Positions 16,925 through 27,098 of a stretch of DNA of 58,437 bases are shown here, one piece after another. Source of the stretch: an uncultured Coriobacteriales bacterium (GTDB taxonomy: Bacteria > Actinomycetota > Coriobacteriia > WRKU01 > JAENWW01); assembly GCA_937858655.1 (NCBI GenBank), contig CALLZE010000155.1, forward strand, positions 1 through 58,437, in the 5' to 3' direction. The notes under the pieces were generated by a model. That model did not search any database, was not told where the DNA came from, and saw only the letters and a list, made by a program, of their open reading frames with translations. How positions within the stretch are numbered: position 1 is the stretch's first letter; each line of letters opens with the position of its first letter. Position numbers and translations under genes: made by a program.

Positions 16925-18412
16925 TTAGTTACGTTTATCTTGACGCGTTTTAATGATAACAAGAACAACGATAACGGTCACTAATATGATAGCGCTTACT
17001 ACCATAGCCGAGATTACGCCGCCATTTTCGTCATTAGTTGACTGCTTCGACTTATCTATGTTCGCTGATGACTGAGACTTACCCTGCTTAGCCGCTGCGC
17101 TCTTTGCTGCCTCTGAGGCATACAATGCTGTTGAAGATGCGGCCATAACGGTTGTGGGATTTTTCACGCCACTTGGTGCGATAACCTCATCTTTTGCTGA
17201 CTGATATTTGAGTTCAGCAACGAGCGTCTGCTCTTGTGCTGAAGTAGGCATCTTAATCTTTACTTCTTGCTCGAAAGTTTCTCCCGGTTTAATACGAACA
17301 TCGCTCTTCTTCTTGGCACCAAGCCAGAACTGTGCGCCAACATCCTTGCCCTTTGCGTTGGTAAGCTTTGTGCCAAATTCCGTACGGCCCACCTCAGTTT
17401 TTGAACCATTCTCATCTATTGTCGAGATTGAGAGCCACATGTTCCTCACCTCAGTGAGACCCGTAGGAATACTATGGCCAGCACCAGTGTTAGTCACCTT
17501 GACGGTGATTGCTCCTTCTTTACCAGCGGGCACGATGTCAGTTTTTGCGTCAATTTTGACTTCGGCAGCCTTCTTAAGAAGCGCCGTTGCGAGCTGTTTG
17601 TCGCTTTGTGCAACGTTTGCTCCAATGAACGTCATCGCATAAATGTTCTTGCGCGTTGGGCCGCCCATCGCTGCCTGATCTTCAGTGGGAGCACTCAGTG
17701 CGGTTGTTGCTGCCATGTGACACTTTTGGCACGTAACGCCCTGCTTTGCATAGTCTGATTTTTTCCACTCGCTATACGTTGTTTCGAGCTTAAGTCCATT
17801 GGCTGGATGAGTTACATCATGGCATGCTCCACAATACTCTGATGTGTCGTAAAGCTTATTACCTGAAGCCTGATGCGCTGCCTTTGGGTCCATGATTTGG
17901 GCGTGTAAAACGCCGTCTGGCCCACCCTTGGGATAAGCAAGAGAGGCATTCCCTGGATTTTTGGCGTGTTGAGCGGTTACCTGATGACAAACTGTACAAG
18001 TGATTCCATTAAGCGCATCATTCTTCTCGGCAGTTTTTACGCCACCCGCCATAACCGCTGCGGGTGCATGGCACGTGTCGCAAAATTCTACGACATCTTT
18101 TCCGGCCGTCTGCTCAACCTGTTTTGTCTGAAGTTTATAAAATGGGTCTTTGAGCGACTGAGCGTGCATCGAGCTTGCCCACTGGTTTTGTAGTGTCGAG
18201 TGGCACGAACAGCCCTGATAACTAGCGAATTGTGCTGAGGAAACTTTCCCTCCCATAAAGGGCTCTAGATTTTTTGTCGATGCAAAAGCGTTTGTTGTTC
18301 CCGCACTCAAAGAAATGAGCAGCATGACAATGGCAAAAATCACCCCTAGCACGAACCGCGAATGTTGATGGTCACGTGAAAATGACGTTACGCTGGCTGA
18401 TGCTGAGTTCAT
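16925..18412 (-). CDS. Membrane-anchored multihaem c-type cytochrome
   Basis: N-terminal signal/TM segment. Four CxxCH motifs (CDTCH, CTVCH, CGACH, CQKCH) plus an odd GCSCH. A beta-rich domain contains TGAGHSIPTG. The C-terminal hydrophobic helix ISAMVVSAIILVTVIVVLVII is followed by KTRQDKRN. Confidence 0.8.
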   Translation of the reverse strand: MNSASASVTSFSRDHQHSRFVLGVIFAIVMLLISLSAGTTNAFASTKNLEPFMGGKVSSAQFASYQGCSCHSTLQNQWASSMHAQSLKDPFYKLQTKQVEQTAGKDVVEFCDTCHAPAAVMAGGVKTAEKNDALNGITCTVCHQVTAQHAKNPGNASLAYPKGGPDGVLHAQIMDPKAAHQASGNKLYDTSEYCGACHDVTHPANGLKLETTYSEWKKSDYAKQGVTCQKCHMAATTALSAPTEDQAAMGGPTRKNIYAMTFIGANVAQSDKQLATALLKKAAEVKIDAKTDIVPAGKEGAITVKVTNTGAGHSIPTGLTEVRNMWLSISTIDENGSKTEVGRTEFGTKLTNAKGKDVGAQFWLGAKKKSDVRIKPGETFEQEVKIKMPTSAQEQTLVAELKYQSAKDEVIAPSGVKNPTTVMAASSTALYASEAAKSAAAKQGKSQSSANIDKSKQSTNDENGGVISAMVVSAIILVTVIVVLVIIKTRQDKRN

Positions 18413-18526
18413 AGTAGTCTCCTCGCAGTTTTTCGTGATACGCTACCTACAGGTAAAACGGGTAGCAACGCTAAAATGATATTAAATCAGTGCCATTTTT
18501 ATAGCAAGTAGAAACATAGGTTTTTC

Positions 18527-19570
18527 GTGACGCACATAACAACATATAACCAACCAATCCTTAATTTATCACTTCAGCAGATTGATGAGTTAGTAATTTC
18601 TCTTGGAGAAAAACCATTTCGCGCGCAACAAATCGCTGATTGGATATATGCACGTCATGCTGCTTCTTATGATGAAATGACCAACGTCAGCAAAACCCTT
18701 CGTGAAAAACTCGCCGCGCAGGCTCCACTGACTCGCGCACAGATTGTTGAAAAGCAAGTCTCTGAGGATGGCACCCGAAAATATCTTATGGAATACAGCG
18801 ATGGCGTATGCGTTGAAGCTGTTGGCCTCCCCACCGAGGATCGACTCACCGTCTGCATGTCGTCTCAGGCAGGATGCGCCATGGGATGTGTCTTTTGCGC
18901 AACAGGACAAGCAGGTTTCACGCGCAACCTCTTCCCAGGTGAGATGACTGAGCAAGTTCGTCTCATAGCACAAGACTTTGACCGGCGCGTCACAAATGTT
19001 GTCGTCATGGGTCAAGGGGAAGCTTTCCTCAACTACGATGCTGTTATCAATGCTTTACACGTTATTAATAACCCTCGCTACTTCAATATCGGAGCGCGCC
19101 ACATAACCATTTCAACATGCGGCATCATTTCTGGCATTGACCGCCTCGCGCAAGAACCAGAACAGTTCACCTTGGCCGTATCACTTCATTCAGCAGTTCA
19201 GGCCACTCGCGACAATCTCATGCCAGGAGTAGCACAACAGACCTTGCCCCAATTACGCCAGGCGCTGATTGCATACTTCGAAAAAACAGGCAGACGGCCA
19301 AGCCTTGAGTACACACTCATTGAAGGCAAACAGACCTCACAAAAAGAAATTGACGCTCTAACCAAATTTGCGTCTGGCCTCAATTTACACGTGAATTTAA
19401 TACCAGTAAATCCTGCGGGCAACAGCTCAATCATGCCACCTTCACCACAAGAAATATCTGCGCTCAAATTGCGGCTAGATCATGCGCATATCAACGCAAC
19501 AGTTCGTACAGAGCGCGGTGCCGACATCGCGGCGGCGTGTGGACAACTTGCGCAACAGCGCAAGCAATAA
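18527..19570 (+). CDS. rlmN: 23S rRNA/tRNA adenine-C2 methyltransferase RlmN (radical SAM)
   Basis: GTG start. Radical SAM cluster motif CAMGCVFCATG, plus GEAFLNYD, and C-terminal DIAAACGQL. Confidence 0.92.
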   Translation: MTHITTYNQPILNLSLQQIDELVISLGEKPFRAQQIADWIYARHAASYDEMTNVSKTLREKLAAQAPLTRAQIVEKQVSEDGTRKYLMEYSDGVCVEAVGLPTEDRLTVCMSSQAGCAMGCVFCATGQAGFTRNLFPGEMTEQVRLIAQDFDRRVTNVVVMGQGEAFLNYDAVINALHVINNPRYFNIGARHITISTCGIISGIDRLAQEPEQFTLAVSLHSAVQATRDNLMPGVAQQTLPQLRQALIAYFEKTGRRPSLEYTLIEGKQTSQKEIDALTKFASGLNLHVNLIPVNPAGNSSIMPPSPQEISALKLRLDHAHINATVRTERGADIAAACGQLAQQRKQ

Positions 19571-19639
19571 TGCATCAACGGACAAACTCACTTAAATTTC
19601 TGCAAGAGTAATAAGCCGGTCCTTTGAGTAACCAACTCA

Positions 19640-22600
19640 CTACATCTTAGAAACACCTACACACAACGGGCCACGATATGAGCACATTAAACACGTCTTG
19701 TTATCAACCCGCTGCTTTAGTTCATTGTTATCAATTAAGCTGGCACGCTCCATTTCGCCACGAGCGCATACTAAAAATTTTTCAATCTGAGACACATTCG
19801 ATGGCTCATACAAGAACGAGAAGGATTCGCACTGCTCGCCGTTCTCTTGAGCCACCACTTCAGGACGAACAAAGACAACCTCTACACTTTGCGCTCCATT
19901 GCGTAGAAGCGTTAATGCATAGCACTTTGCCTGAATCTCATATTTATCGCGAGAGGCTTCCCGATTTCCCGATTTATAATCGAGCACCAGCCAAGATCCA
20001 TCTGATCTCTGACCGCAAATATCAATATAGCCATGTAGGTAGAAACTATCAGACTCAGAATTGCTTCCAGAATCAGCGCCGCACTCAAGCTTTTCGTAAA
20101 ACTGCGCTTCGGTCTGCACATTTGTACACGACAAAATACCATCCCAAAAAATTGACGCTATTACAGACCGAACCGCTTTTAACACTAATCCCGTATCAGA
20201 TTCGTTCAACTCATAGAGGTTTTGAATTTTTTGAGGGAGCACCTCTTCGAGCATGCGTTCTTTATCTTCTGGAGAAGATTTTCCGCTTAAAATCATATTC
20301 GCCATCTGTTCAAGGCTCGTGTGCATTGCTGTTCCTCTATGCATAGCGGCATTCGTTTGAGAAAGCAACCCAATACGCATAAGCGCGCTATAGTTGAACT
20401 GGCGAGGGCAAGCATAATACTGTTCGATGCCTGAGGCAGTTATCTCTTTAAGCGATGTCTTTTTCTTTTGACCACTTGCGTCGCTCATGGGCCACGTTGC
20501 GAAATCGTGTGGCGACGTCTCTAGCACCAGTTCTGGAACTCGTTTTCCGGTTAACATTTCTTCCACTTGTTGGCGCCTTTTCTGCGCTGCAAGGTCGGAG
20601 CCCTCCCCATCAGTTAGTTGCTCTTCGGTGTTCTCTTTTACTATTACTTCCAATTCATCAGGCTCAATGCTCAAAGCGATACTGTCGACAGACGTACTTG
20701 GCCCATCCTTTGGTTCATCTGAGCGATACACAAATATGAGGCGTTCTTTTGCTCGCGTCATCGCAACATAAAACTTGCGTGCGCCCTCCTCAATTTCTTT
20801 CAGTTTCATATCCCCTTTAATAGCTTCTGCGGGCTTAGGCTTAAAATCCTTGCCTGAAATGCCAAGGGCCTTTTTTGTTACGACTTTCCTCTTCGAAAGA
20901 TCCGAAACAATCATGTCTTCTTCATTTGTGAGCTTGTATTTCGTGAGGCACACTTTTAAAGAACGCTCCCTATCAAAAGGGTTTTCTTCTACCATAGAGA
21001 CACACCCACTACGTTCTGACCGGTAGTGCTCATATCCATAAACCGCAACAACAGGAAACTCGAGCCCTTTCGACGCATGGATGGTCATAAGCCGAACTGC
21101 TTCATCGTCTTTACGATCAGGATCAAAGCTTTCGGGGATAACTCCAAAATCAAGTTTTGTCTCATTTTCGATATCTTGCTTGCAGGAAAGCAAGCATGTC
21201 CTATTCGAAACCCCCGATTCTTGACGGCTCTCAAGTATGCTTATAAATTCAAGCACGTTTGCGTACCACTCTTCAGAATCAAAATTGCCCGAAGTTGCCC
21301 GTTTTTCCTGCAAATAATAGGCCGCCCCTGACGCCGAGAACACATAACGCGCGATATCTGCAAGCGGTTTGATAGCAATCATGCTTGCCGCAGTCTGTAT
21401 CATCTGTACAAAATAATGTATTGTGCTGTGCTCTTTCTCATCCGCACAAAGCAAGAATCCTTCCCAAAGCGAAAGATTATCTAAATCATCTGACTTTCGG
21501 GAGGCACGAACGAACTGTGCTGATCGCGCCAAATCAGAATCTGCAACATTACCCAACAAACTCACTGATGCCTTGAGCAGCGCTTCATCGTCATAAGGAT
21601 TGTCCACAGCACATAACACATCAAAAAGACCCTGCACATACGGGTCGGAAAGAAGACGATCTCCGCCAATTACGCGCGTATTAAACCCTTGCGCCCTCAG
21701 TTCGTCAGAACAAGCTATCAGGTTTTCTTTTTTCGGAGCAAGCACAACAAAATCATTCGGGGAATACCCCTCTTCGACAATAAGCCTCTTAAACTCACTG
21801 GCAATGCGCGCCGATGCATTGGGCTCAATCTTCTGGCCACTCCCCTCATGAGAATAAGCAAAGAAGCGCACGCGTTTATCATCTTCTGCCTGCAACTTAT
21901 GCGCCTCATCAAAATCAGGATTACCAAGAAGCGGGACGTAAGCTTCACCGAAAAGTTCTCCTGATGAGAATACTTCATTCACCCTATCGAGCACTTCTTT
22001 ATGAGAGCGATAGTTGCGCTGAAGTTTTACCTCACTGAACGTACCTTTTTTAACGTGCTCAAGCACTCCATCAAATACAGTGACGTCTGCGCCTTGAAAT
22101 GCATAGATGGATTGCCTCTTATCGCCCACCACTAAGAGGTTGTCTGTTGCTATGCTTTTGAACACTTCATATTGAAGCGCGTTGGTGTCTTGAAATTCGT
22201 CAATGAGCAGAATTCCAAATTTATTCTTATACTTTGTATTTATTTGAGGATGCTCGATAAATAATTTATGTGCATAGAGAATTTGGTCAGCGAAATCAAG
22301 AACTCCTTGAGCAATTTTCGCTTTTTGATATCTCCTCAAATATTCTTTTGTCAACTTGACTATTTGCTGGTTGGCACCGTTAACCTTATCTTCAAAACTT
22401 AAGCCCATTACCGACACAAGTTCTGCCTTGATGTTCTCTACGGGCACACCATGCGTTTGTACCTTGGAAGCAATATCCGTAATGGCGCTCGTCACTTTGT
22501 CCTGGCTTAGTATGCTAAAGAGCAGTTTATTCGCCTTCTCGCCCTCTTCTTTTTCACTATCGATGAAAGCTTCTTCCACAATTGAGAATGCCACATCGTG

Positions 22601-23047
22601 CTGTAACTCTTTTTCTTCGGCCCCTTGGATTGTGCGAAAATTCGTATCGATGCCAAACTCTCGCGCAACAAATAACTGTTCATTTTTCAAAATCTTGCTG
22701 CAAAAAGCATGAATGGTCATAATCCAAGCATTGCCCATTAGCTCAGCAACATCTTCTCTTCCCAGAGCCACAAGACCTGCCACAATACGCGAGCGAAGCT
22801 CTTCTGCCGCCGCCTTGGTATATGTGATAGCGACAATATTGTCGGGCGAAATTGGTTCGCCATTTTCAAACGTCATGTTTATCAATGCATCAATATAGGC
22901 TGCCGTCAGTGTCTTAGTCTTGCCAGTTCCGGCACCAGCATTAATAACGCAATTGCTGCCCATGTGAGCAATAACCTCAGCCTGTTGCCCGTTAAGGCCA
23001 AAAAACCCTGCAACATCTACTTTTTCTTGTCGAGTTAGTTTTGCCAT
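19640..23047 (-). CDS. addA: AddA-like UvrD-family helicase fused to a PD-(D/E)XK nuclease
   Basis: Walker A GAGTGKTKTL, DEFQDT, and other UvrD motifs. The C-terminal nuclease reads GYIDICGQRSDGSWLVLDYKSG. Cys pattern ACPRQF ... CLMCSYRGPLC. Confidence 0.85.
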   Translation of the reverse strand: MAKLTRQEKVDVAGFFGLNGQQAEVIAHMGSNCVINAGAGTGKTKTLTAAYIDALINMTFENGEPISPDNIVAITYTKAAAEELRSRIVAGLVALGREDVAELMGNAWIMTIHAFCSKILKNEQLFVAREFGIDTNFRTIQGAEEKELQHDVAFSIVEEAFIDSEKEEGEKANKLLFSILSQDKVTSAITDIASKVQTHGVPVENIKAELVSVMGLSFEDKVNGANQQIVKLTKEYLRRYQKAKIAQGVLDFADQILYAHKLFIEHPQINTKYKNKFGILLIDEFQDTNALQYEVFKSIATDNLLVVGDKRQSIYAFQGADVTVFDGVLEHVKKGTFSEVKLQRNYRSHKEVLDRVNEVFSSGELFGEAYVPLLGNPDFDEAHKLQAEDDKRVRFFAYSHEGSGQKIEPNASARIASEFKRLIVEEGYSPNDFVVLAPKKENLIACSDELRAQGFNTRVIGGDRLLSDPYVQGLFDVLCAVDNPYDDEALLKASVSLLGNVADSDLARSAQFVRASRKSDDLDNLSLWEGFLLCADEKEHSTIHYFVQMIQTAASMIAIKPLADIARYVFSASGAAYYLQEKRATSGNFDSEEWYANVLEFISILESRQESGVSNRTCLLSCKQDIENETKLDFGVIPESFDPDRKDDEAVRLMTIHASKGLEFPVVAVYGYEHYRSERSGCVSMVEENPFDRERSLKVCLTKYKLTNEEDMIVSDLSKRKVVTKKALGISGKDFKPKPAEAIKGDMKLKEIEEGARKFYVAMTRAKERLIFVYRSDEPKDGPSTSVDSIALSIEPDELEVIVKENTEEQLTDGEGSDLAAQKRRQQVEEMLTGKRVPELVLETSPHDFATWPMSDASGQKKKTSLKEITASGIEQYYACPRQFNYSALMRIGLLSQTNAAMHRGTAMHTSLEQMANMILSGKSSPEDKERMLEEVLPQKIQNLYELNESDTGLVLKAVRSVIASIFWDGILSCTNVQTEAQFYEKLECGADSGSNSESDSFYLHGYIDICGQRSDGSWLVLDYKSGNREASRDKYEIQAKCYALTLLRNGAQSVEVVFVRPEVVAQENGEQCESFSFLYEPSNVSQIEKFLVCARGEMERASLIDNNELKQRVDNKTCLMCSYRGPLCVGVSKM

Positions 23048-23052
23048 AGTGC

Positions 23053-26000
23053 CTATTCCTCTTTTTCAGGCTTGCTTATTAATGCAGGGCAATTTTTATA
23101 CACGCAATACTTGCATCCCTTTTTTTCTGCTTCAAGCACAAACCCATTCACCGAAATGCCCTGAGCGATTTTTACGTTGCCGCCATGCATAAGTTCAGCA
23201 CTCCGCTCTGCTATGACAGCAATTTCATCAAGAATCGAACGAGTATCGCACTCGTGTGCTCCCTCTTTACCAATTCTTATAAGGTCTTCGCTTATTAAGC
23301 TGTTGTCGAGCAGCCATCTTCTTTGGTTTGTTTTATAGGAAATATATGCAGAACCTGAAGCGGTATTTCCCGTAGCATTTTCATACGCAAGCCAATAGAG
23401 GCCTGCCTGAAGGCTACATTTTTCAACCCAGTTATCACCATGCGGATAATTAGTTAGACCCCCTTTATAGTCAACAATAAAGTACTTGCCTTCGGAATTC
23501 CTATCAACACGGTCGATTGAGCCTGCAATTTTTACTTTTCCTACACGCGCATCTAAACCAGGCTTTTTATTCTCATCGCCAACGACGCCACTTCCAATTT
23601 TTACCTCAAAATCTGTTGGGAAATACACATCATCTTCGCTAATGAGGAGCATCTGGTCATTTTCTATGCGGCTCCATGCGTTTGCAACTGCGCTATTAAG
23701 ACTTTCTTTAATCTTAATATCTTCAGATTTAAGGACTTCTTTCATATGGCCCTCAACAACCTCAGCCTGTACTTTTTCAAAAACCTCTTTCGCGTCATCA
23801 AGGTTTCCCCCACAAATTCGCTCTAAATCATGGCCCTGATTCCATGCCTTATAAAACTCTTCAAGCAATTTATGGACAAGCGTTCCTGTTTCGGTGGGCG
23901 TGAACTGCACATCAAGCGGCCGATTAGGCACGTATCTGCTTAAGAACCATCGATACGGGCAGTGAGCATACGTCTCCAAGGCACTAGGGCTGAATTCATG
24001 ACTTTCAAATGATTCGCCATCATACAAATCAAGCTTTGTTTCACCACGCTCAAGTTCAAATTGTTGTGTACATAATTCTTCCAAACCATATACCGCACAG
24101 GTACCCCCTGCAGTTAAGGACGCCTTTACAGCATGCGAATCAAGTGCATCTATAATTGTGACACCCGATTTTTTTAATTTATTCAAATGAGCACGAAAGT
24201 CATCTTGAGACTCAATTGAATCGAGCGATTCGATTTCCTCGTCAAGAGAGGCCGTAATCATCTCTAAAAACGGCGTAAGAGCCTTTTGAGTATTGTCTTC
24301 AGCAGCGCACTGCCCTACAAGCACAAGACGATTCTGAGCAGATGCAAGTAAGTCATTGATAAGAAGGTTGTCCCTGTCCGAAGCAGTCACCAAAACGGAT
24401 TTCTCTAAAGCATCCGAAGACAACCTCTCGGCAAGATCTTGCGTGAGCGAGCTCTTGTCCACTGATTTAAAATCATCATTAGCGAGCCCCCCAAGTATCA
24501 GAGTAGGCACAAAGAGGCCGCGCATACGATGCGCATCAGTGAGGAGAACGTGTTCTCTGCCCTGAGACTGAGTAAATTGGAGATTTGCTGACATTACGGA
24601 CTGCACAAGATAGGCTAAATTGACCGTCTTTTTGCCATTGTCCTGTTCACGCGTACATGAAGAAACGATCGACAGCAGTTCATGGTGAGCCAACGACACC
24701 GCACGGATGTCGTAGTCTGACAAATCTGTGTGCGCAAGCGTTTCAGCTAGGCACAAATCGAATAGTAGTTTCCACTTTAAAGGGTCAAGGGTGCTTACCG
24801 CCAATTGAAGAGCGCTGTATATCGATATAGTTACCTGATTTTCCTTTTTGAGAAGTCTATCTGCATCAGAAAGTGAAGCGCTCGCATCCTCAACCTTCTT
24901 GCGTAATGTCGCATCTCGTTGCCAAAAACTATTAATATCGCTACCAGCGAGCATCGTTTGGAATAGTGCGTGCGTTTTAACGGACGGTCGTAATTCAAAC
25001 TTTGACTCTGGCATCAGAATCGACCAAAGTATTTTGTTTGTTCTAAACAACTCTATGATAGAAGCGCCAAAATAGGTTTCCACCAAAGGTATTACCAAAT
25101 CAAAATCAAGTTGAATATCGTGGGAAGAAAGATACCTTTGTAAGCTTGCCGCATATCTCTTGGCATTTCTCAGAGCTACAACCACCTCGCCAGGTTTGAA
25201 AGATTCCAAGGCCTTGATAACCTCATCACCTATTGCCGCTATCTCAGCATTCCTGCCAGCAACTAGTGCAATAGACAAAACGCCTTGCTCGATGGCGGTC
25301 CTGTGGTTTTCGCCATTATTATTATGCAAGTGAGAGATCCACTCCGAGACACCTGGCCCCGTAGTCTCCCCTTCCCTTGTGGGGGTAAATTGAATAATTT
25401 CTACTTCATTTTTATTTTGTATATATGAAATAAGTGTACTAAGAGGTTGTGCCAAGAGATTATTTTTATCATAGTTTAGGCTCAAAATAATCTGATTAAG
25501 ATCGCCCATTCCTACAATTAAATCTAGTTGAGCTTGAGAAAAATTGTTAAACCCCTCAAAGACGATTGTTGAATCCAGACGGATACCCTTTTGAGCAATG
25601 TATTTCATTGCGTCTGCAGATTCAACAAAGTGCATCTTCTCAGCTCTGTCGAAATAACTACTCACGAGGTCATAAATACCTGGCCCCAATTGATCGAGAA
25701 CAATATCTTGATATTTTGAATTCAATAACTGTTTGCCAAATGTTTCGACAACGTCTATCAATATCCTCTGCACGCCAGGCAAAGTAATATAGTTCTTTGA
25801 ATCAATTACGTTGCCTTTAACATCACTTGCCCATGCTAATGAAACCTCCTGAAGCACAAGCTCTCGTTGCTCAGAGGTTATGAGTGCAGCTGGAGTCCCA
25901 TATTGCTCCCAGACCTTTTCAAACCACCTATTGAACGAATAACTCGCATCAACAAAACGTATGCCCGATATATAGTCATGTGCAAATCTTTTCGCAATTG

Positions 26001-26130
26001 AAACTTGCGGAAATAGGTATGTGACTGGCATATTCATTGCAGAAGCAGCCTCTGAGTTGTTAGATACGTAGCCAACTACAAATCGCTGCTTTTGAATACT
26101 TGATAAACCAGTAATTATTTTGATACTCAT
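23053..26130 (-). CDS. addB: AddB-like PD-(D/E)XK nuclease subunit
   Basis: It lies directly upstream of addA. Nuclease motif GSIDRVDRNSEGKYFIVDYKGG. Fe-S-type cysteines HCPYRW ... CKYCVYKNC. No intact P-loop is visible at the N-terminus. Confidence 0.8.
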   Translation of the reverse strand: MSIKIITGLSSIQKQRFVVGYVSNNSEAASAMNMPVTYLFPQVSIAKRFAHDYISGIRFVDASYSFNRWFEKVWEQYGTPAALITSEQRELVLQEVSLAWASDVKGNVIDSKNYITLPGVQRILIDVVETFGKQLLNSKYQDIVLDQLGPGIYDLVSSYFDRAEKMHFVESADAMKYIAQKGIRLDSTIVFEGFNNFSQAQLDLIVGMGDLNQIILSLNYDKNNLLAQPLSTLISYIQNKNEVEIIQFTPTREGETTGPGVSEWISHLHNNNGENHRTAIEQGVLSIALVAGRNAEIAAIGDEVIKALESFKPGEVVVALRNAKRYAASLQRYLSSHDIQLDFDLVIPLVETYFGASIIELFRTNKILWSILMPESKFELRPSVKTHALFQTMLAGSDINSFWQRDATLRKKVEDASASLSDADRLLKKENQVTISIYSALQLAVSTLDPLKWKLLFDLCLAETLAHTDLSDYDIRAVSLAHHELLSIVSSCTREQDNGKKTVNLAYLVQSVMSANLQFTQSQGREHVLLTDAHRMRGLFVPTLILGGLANDDFKSVDKSSLTQDLAERLSSDALEKSVLVTASDRDNLLINDLLASAQNRLVLVGQCAAEDNTQKALTPFLEMITASLDEEIESLDSIESQDDFRAHLNKLKKSGVTIIDALDSHAVKASLTAGGTCAVYGLEELCTQQFELERGETKLDLYDGESFESHEFSPSALETYAHCPYRWFLSRYVPNRPLDVQFTPTETGTLVHKLLEEFYKAWNQGHDLERICGGNLDDAKEVFEKVQAEVVEGHMKEVLKSEDIKIKESLNSAVANAWSRIENDQMLLISEDDVYFPTDFEVKIGSGVVGDENKKPGLDARVGKVKIAGSIDRVDRNSEGKYFIVDYKGGLTNYPHGDNWVEKCSLQAGLYWLAYENATGNTASGSAYISYKTNQRRWLLDNSLISEDLIRIGKEGAHECDTRSILDEIAVIAERSAELMHGGNVKIAQGISVNGFVLEAEKKGCKYCVYKNCPALISKPEKEE

Positions 26131-26163
26131 AAGACCTCCCTGGACTTATAAGTAGTTTATTAC

Positions 26164-26199
26164 AGGGGTCGGACACAAAAGTCCAGACCCCTATTTTTG
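26164..26199. terminator. Hairpin in the parB-addB spacer (AGGGGTCGGAC-ACAAAA-GTCCAGACCCCT), T-run only on the plus strand
   Basis: The stem has one bulge and was read directly. TATTTTTG follows on the plus strand, whereas the flanking genes are on the minus strand. Confidence 0.4.
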
Positions 26200-26222
26200 A
26201 ATAAACATGGATTTATTTAGAA

Positions 26223-27098
26223 CTAGTTAAGTTCTTCATACTCTTTTGAGACACCAGATAGAATATTGAAGATACGCATGAGATCATCTTCATCTTCAAA
26301 CTCAATTTCAATTTTGCTTTTATCTTTCGTCTGCTTTACGCGAACTTTTGATTCAAGCATTTTGCGCAATTTACGAGCGACAGTCTTATATGACTTGGGA
26401 GCAATAGGCCGAGCAGACTTTGGGAGAGCTCCCCCTTCGAACAATCGCGCAAGTCCTTCAGCTTCTCTAACTGAAAGATTGCCTTCAACAATTTTATGAG
26501 CGAGTTTAACACGAGCTTCATCGTCAGCCAGAGATAATACTGCTCGCGCATGGCCAGCAGTCAGCTTTCCAGCATAAAGAAGCTCCTGAACCTCTTCTGG
26601 CAAGTCCAAAAGGCGAATAGTGTTAGTAATTGCAGAACGAGACTTAGAAACGCGTTCCGCTAATTCTGCTTGCGTCATATCATGCTGGTCAAGAAGCCGT
26701 TTGTAGCCATAAGCTGCTTCTATAGCGTTAAGGTCTTCTCGTTGTAGGTTTTCGATAAGAGCAATCTCTAAAGTCTCGGTATCGCCTGTACTTCTAATTA
26801 TTACTGGCACTTTCTCTAATCCAGCTAAACGCGCAGCGCGCCAACGACGTTCACCAGCAATTATCTGATACTTATCACCAACTGGGCGTACCATTATTGG
26901 TTGCAAGACTCCATGAAGCGCAACAGATGCGCTCAACTCGGCAATGCGCTCTTCATCAATATCCGTACGTGGCTGATCAGGATTAGGTTCAATTTGATTA
27001 ATATTTAATTCATTTACCCCAGTTTCCATCTTTGATTCTTGCGATGCATCCGAAAATAGAGCCCCAAGCCCTTTTCCAAGTCCACCTTTATTAGCCAC
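26223..27098 (-). CDS. parB: Chromosome partitioning protein ParB/Spo0J
   Basis: ParB box IIAGERRWRAARLAG and HTH region MTQAELAERVSKSRSAITNTIRLL. It overlaps parA by 8 nt. Confidence 0.93.
   Translation of the reverse strand: MANKGGLGKGLGALFSDASQESKMETGVNELNINQIEPNPDQPRTDIDEERIAELSASVALHGVLQPIMVRPVGDKYQIIAGERRWRAARLAGLEKVPVIIRSTGDTETLEIALIENLQREDLNAIEAAYGYKRLLDQHDMTQAELAERVSKSRSAITNTIRLLDLPEEVQELLYAGKLTAGHARAVLSLADDEARVKLAHKIVEGNLSVREAEGLARLFEGGALPKSARPIAPKSYKTVARKLRKMLESKVRVKQTKDKSKIEIEFEDEDDLMRIFNILSGVSKEYEELN

Noticed and set aside
18360-18380. parS-like half-site GGTCACGTGAAAAT inside the cytochrome gene
   Set aside because: Only the CACGTGAAA half matches, and there are about 6 mismatches to the 16-mer overall.
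19678-20346. 222-aa plus-strand ORF
   Set aside because: It is entirely antisense to addA. The same reasoning applies to other long shadow ORFs, for example 4824..5282, 17208..17642, 43312..43812, 50140..50619, 51446..52090, 52968..53471 and 55102..55500. These have low-complexity or Arg/Ser-rich translations and overlap genes with strong motifs.
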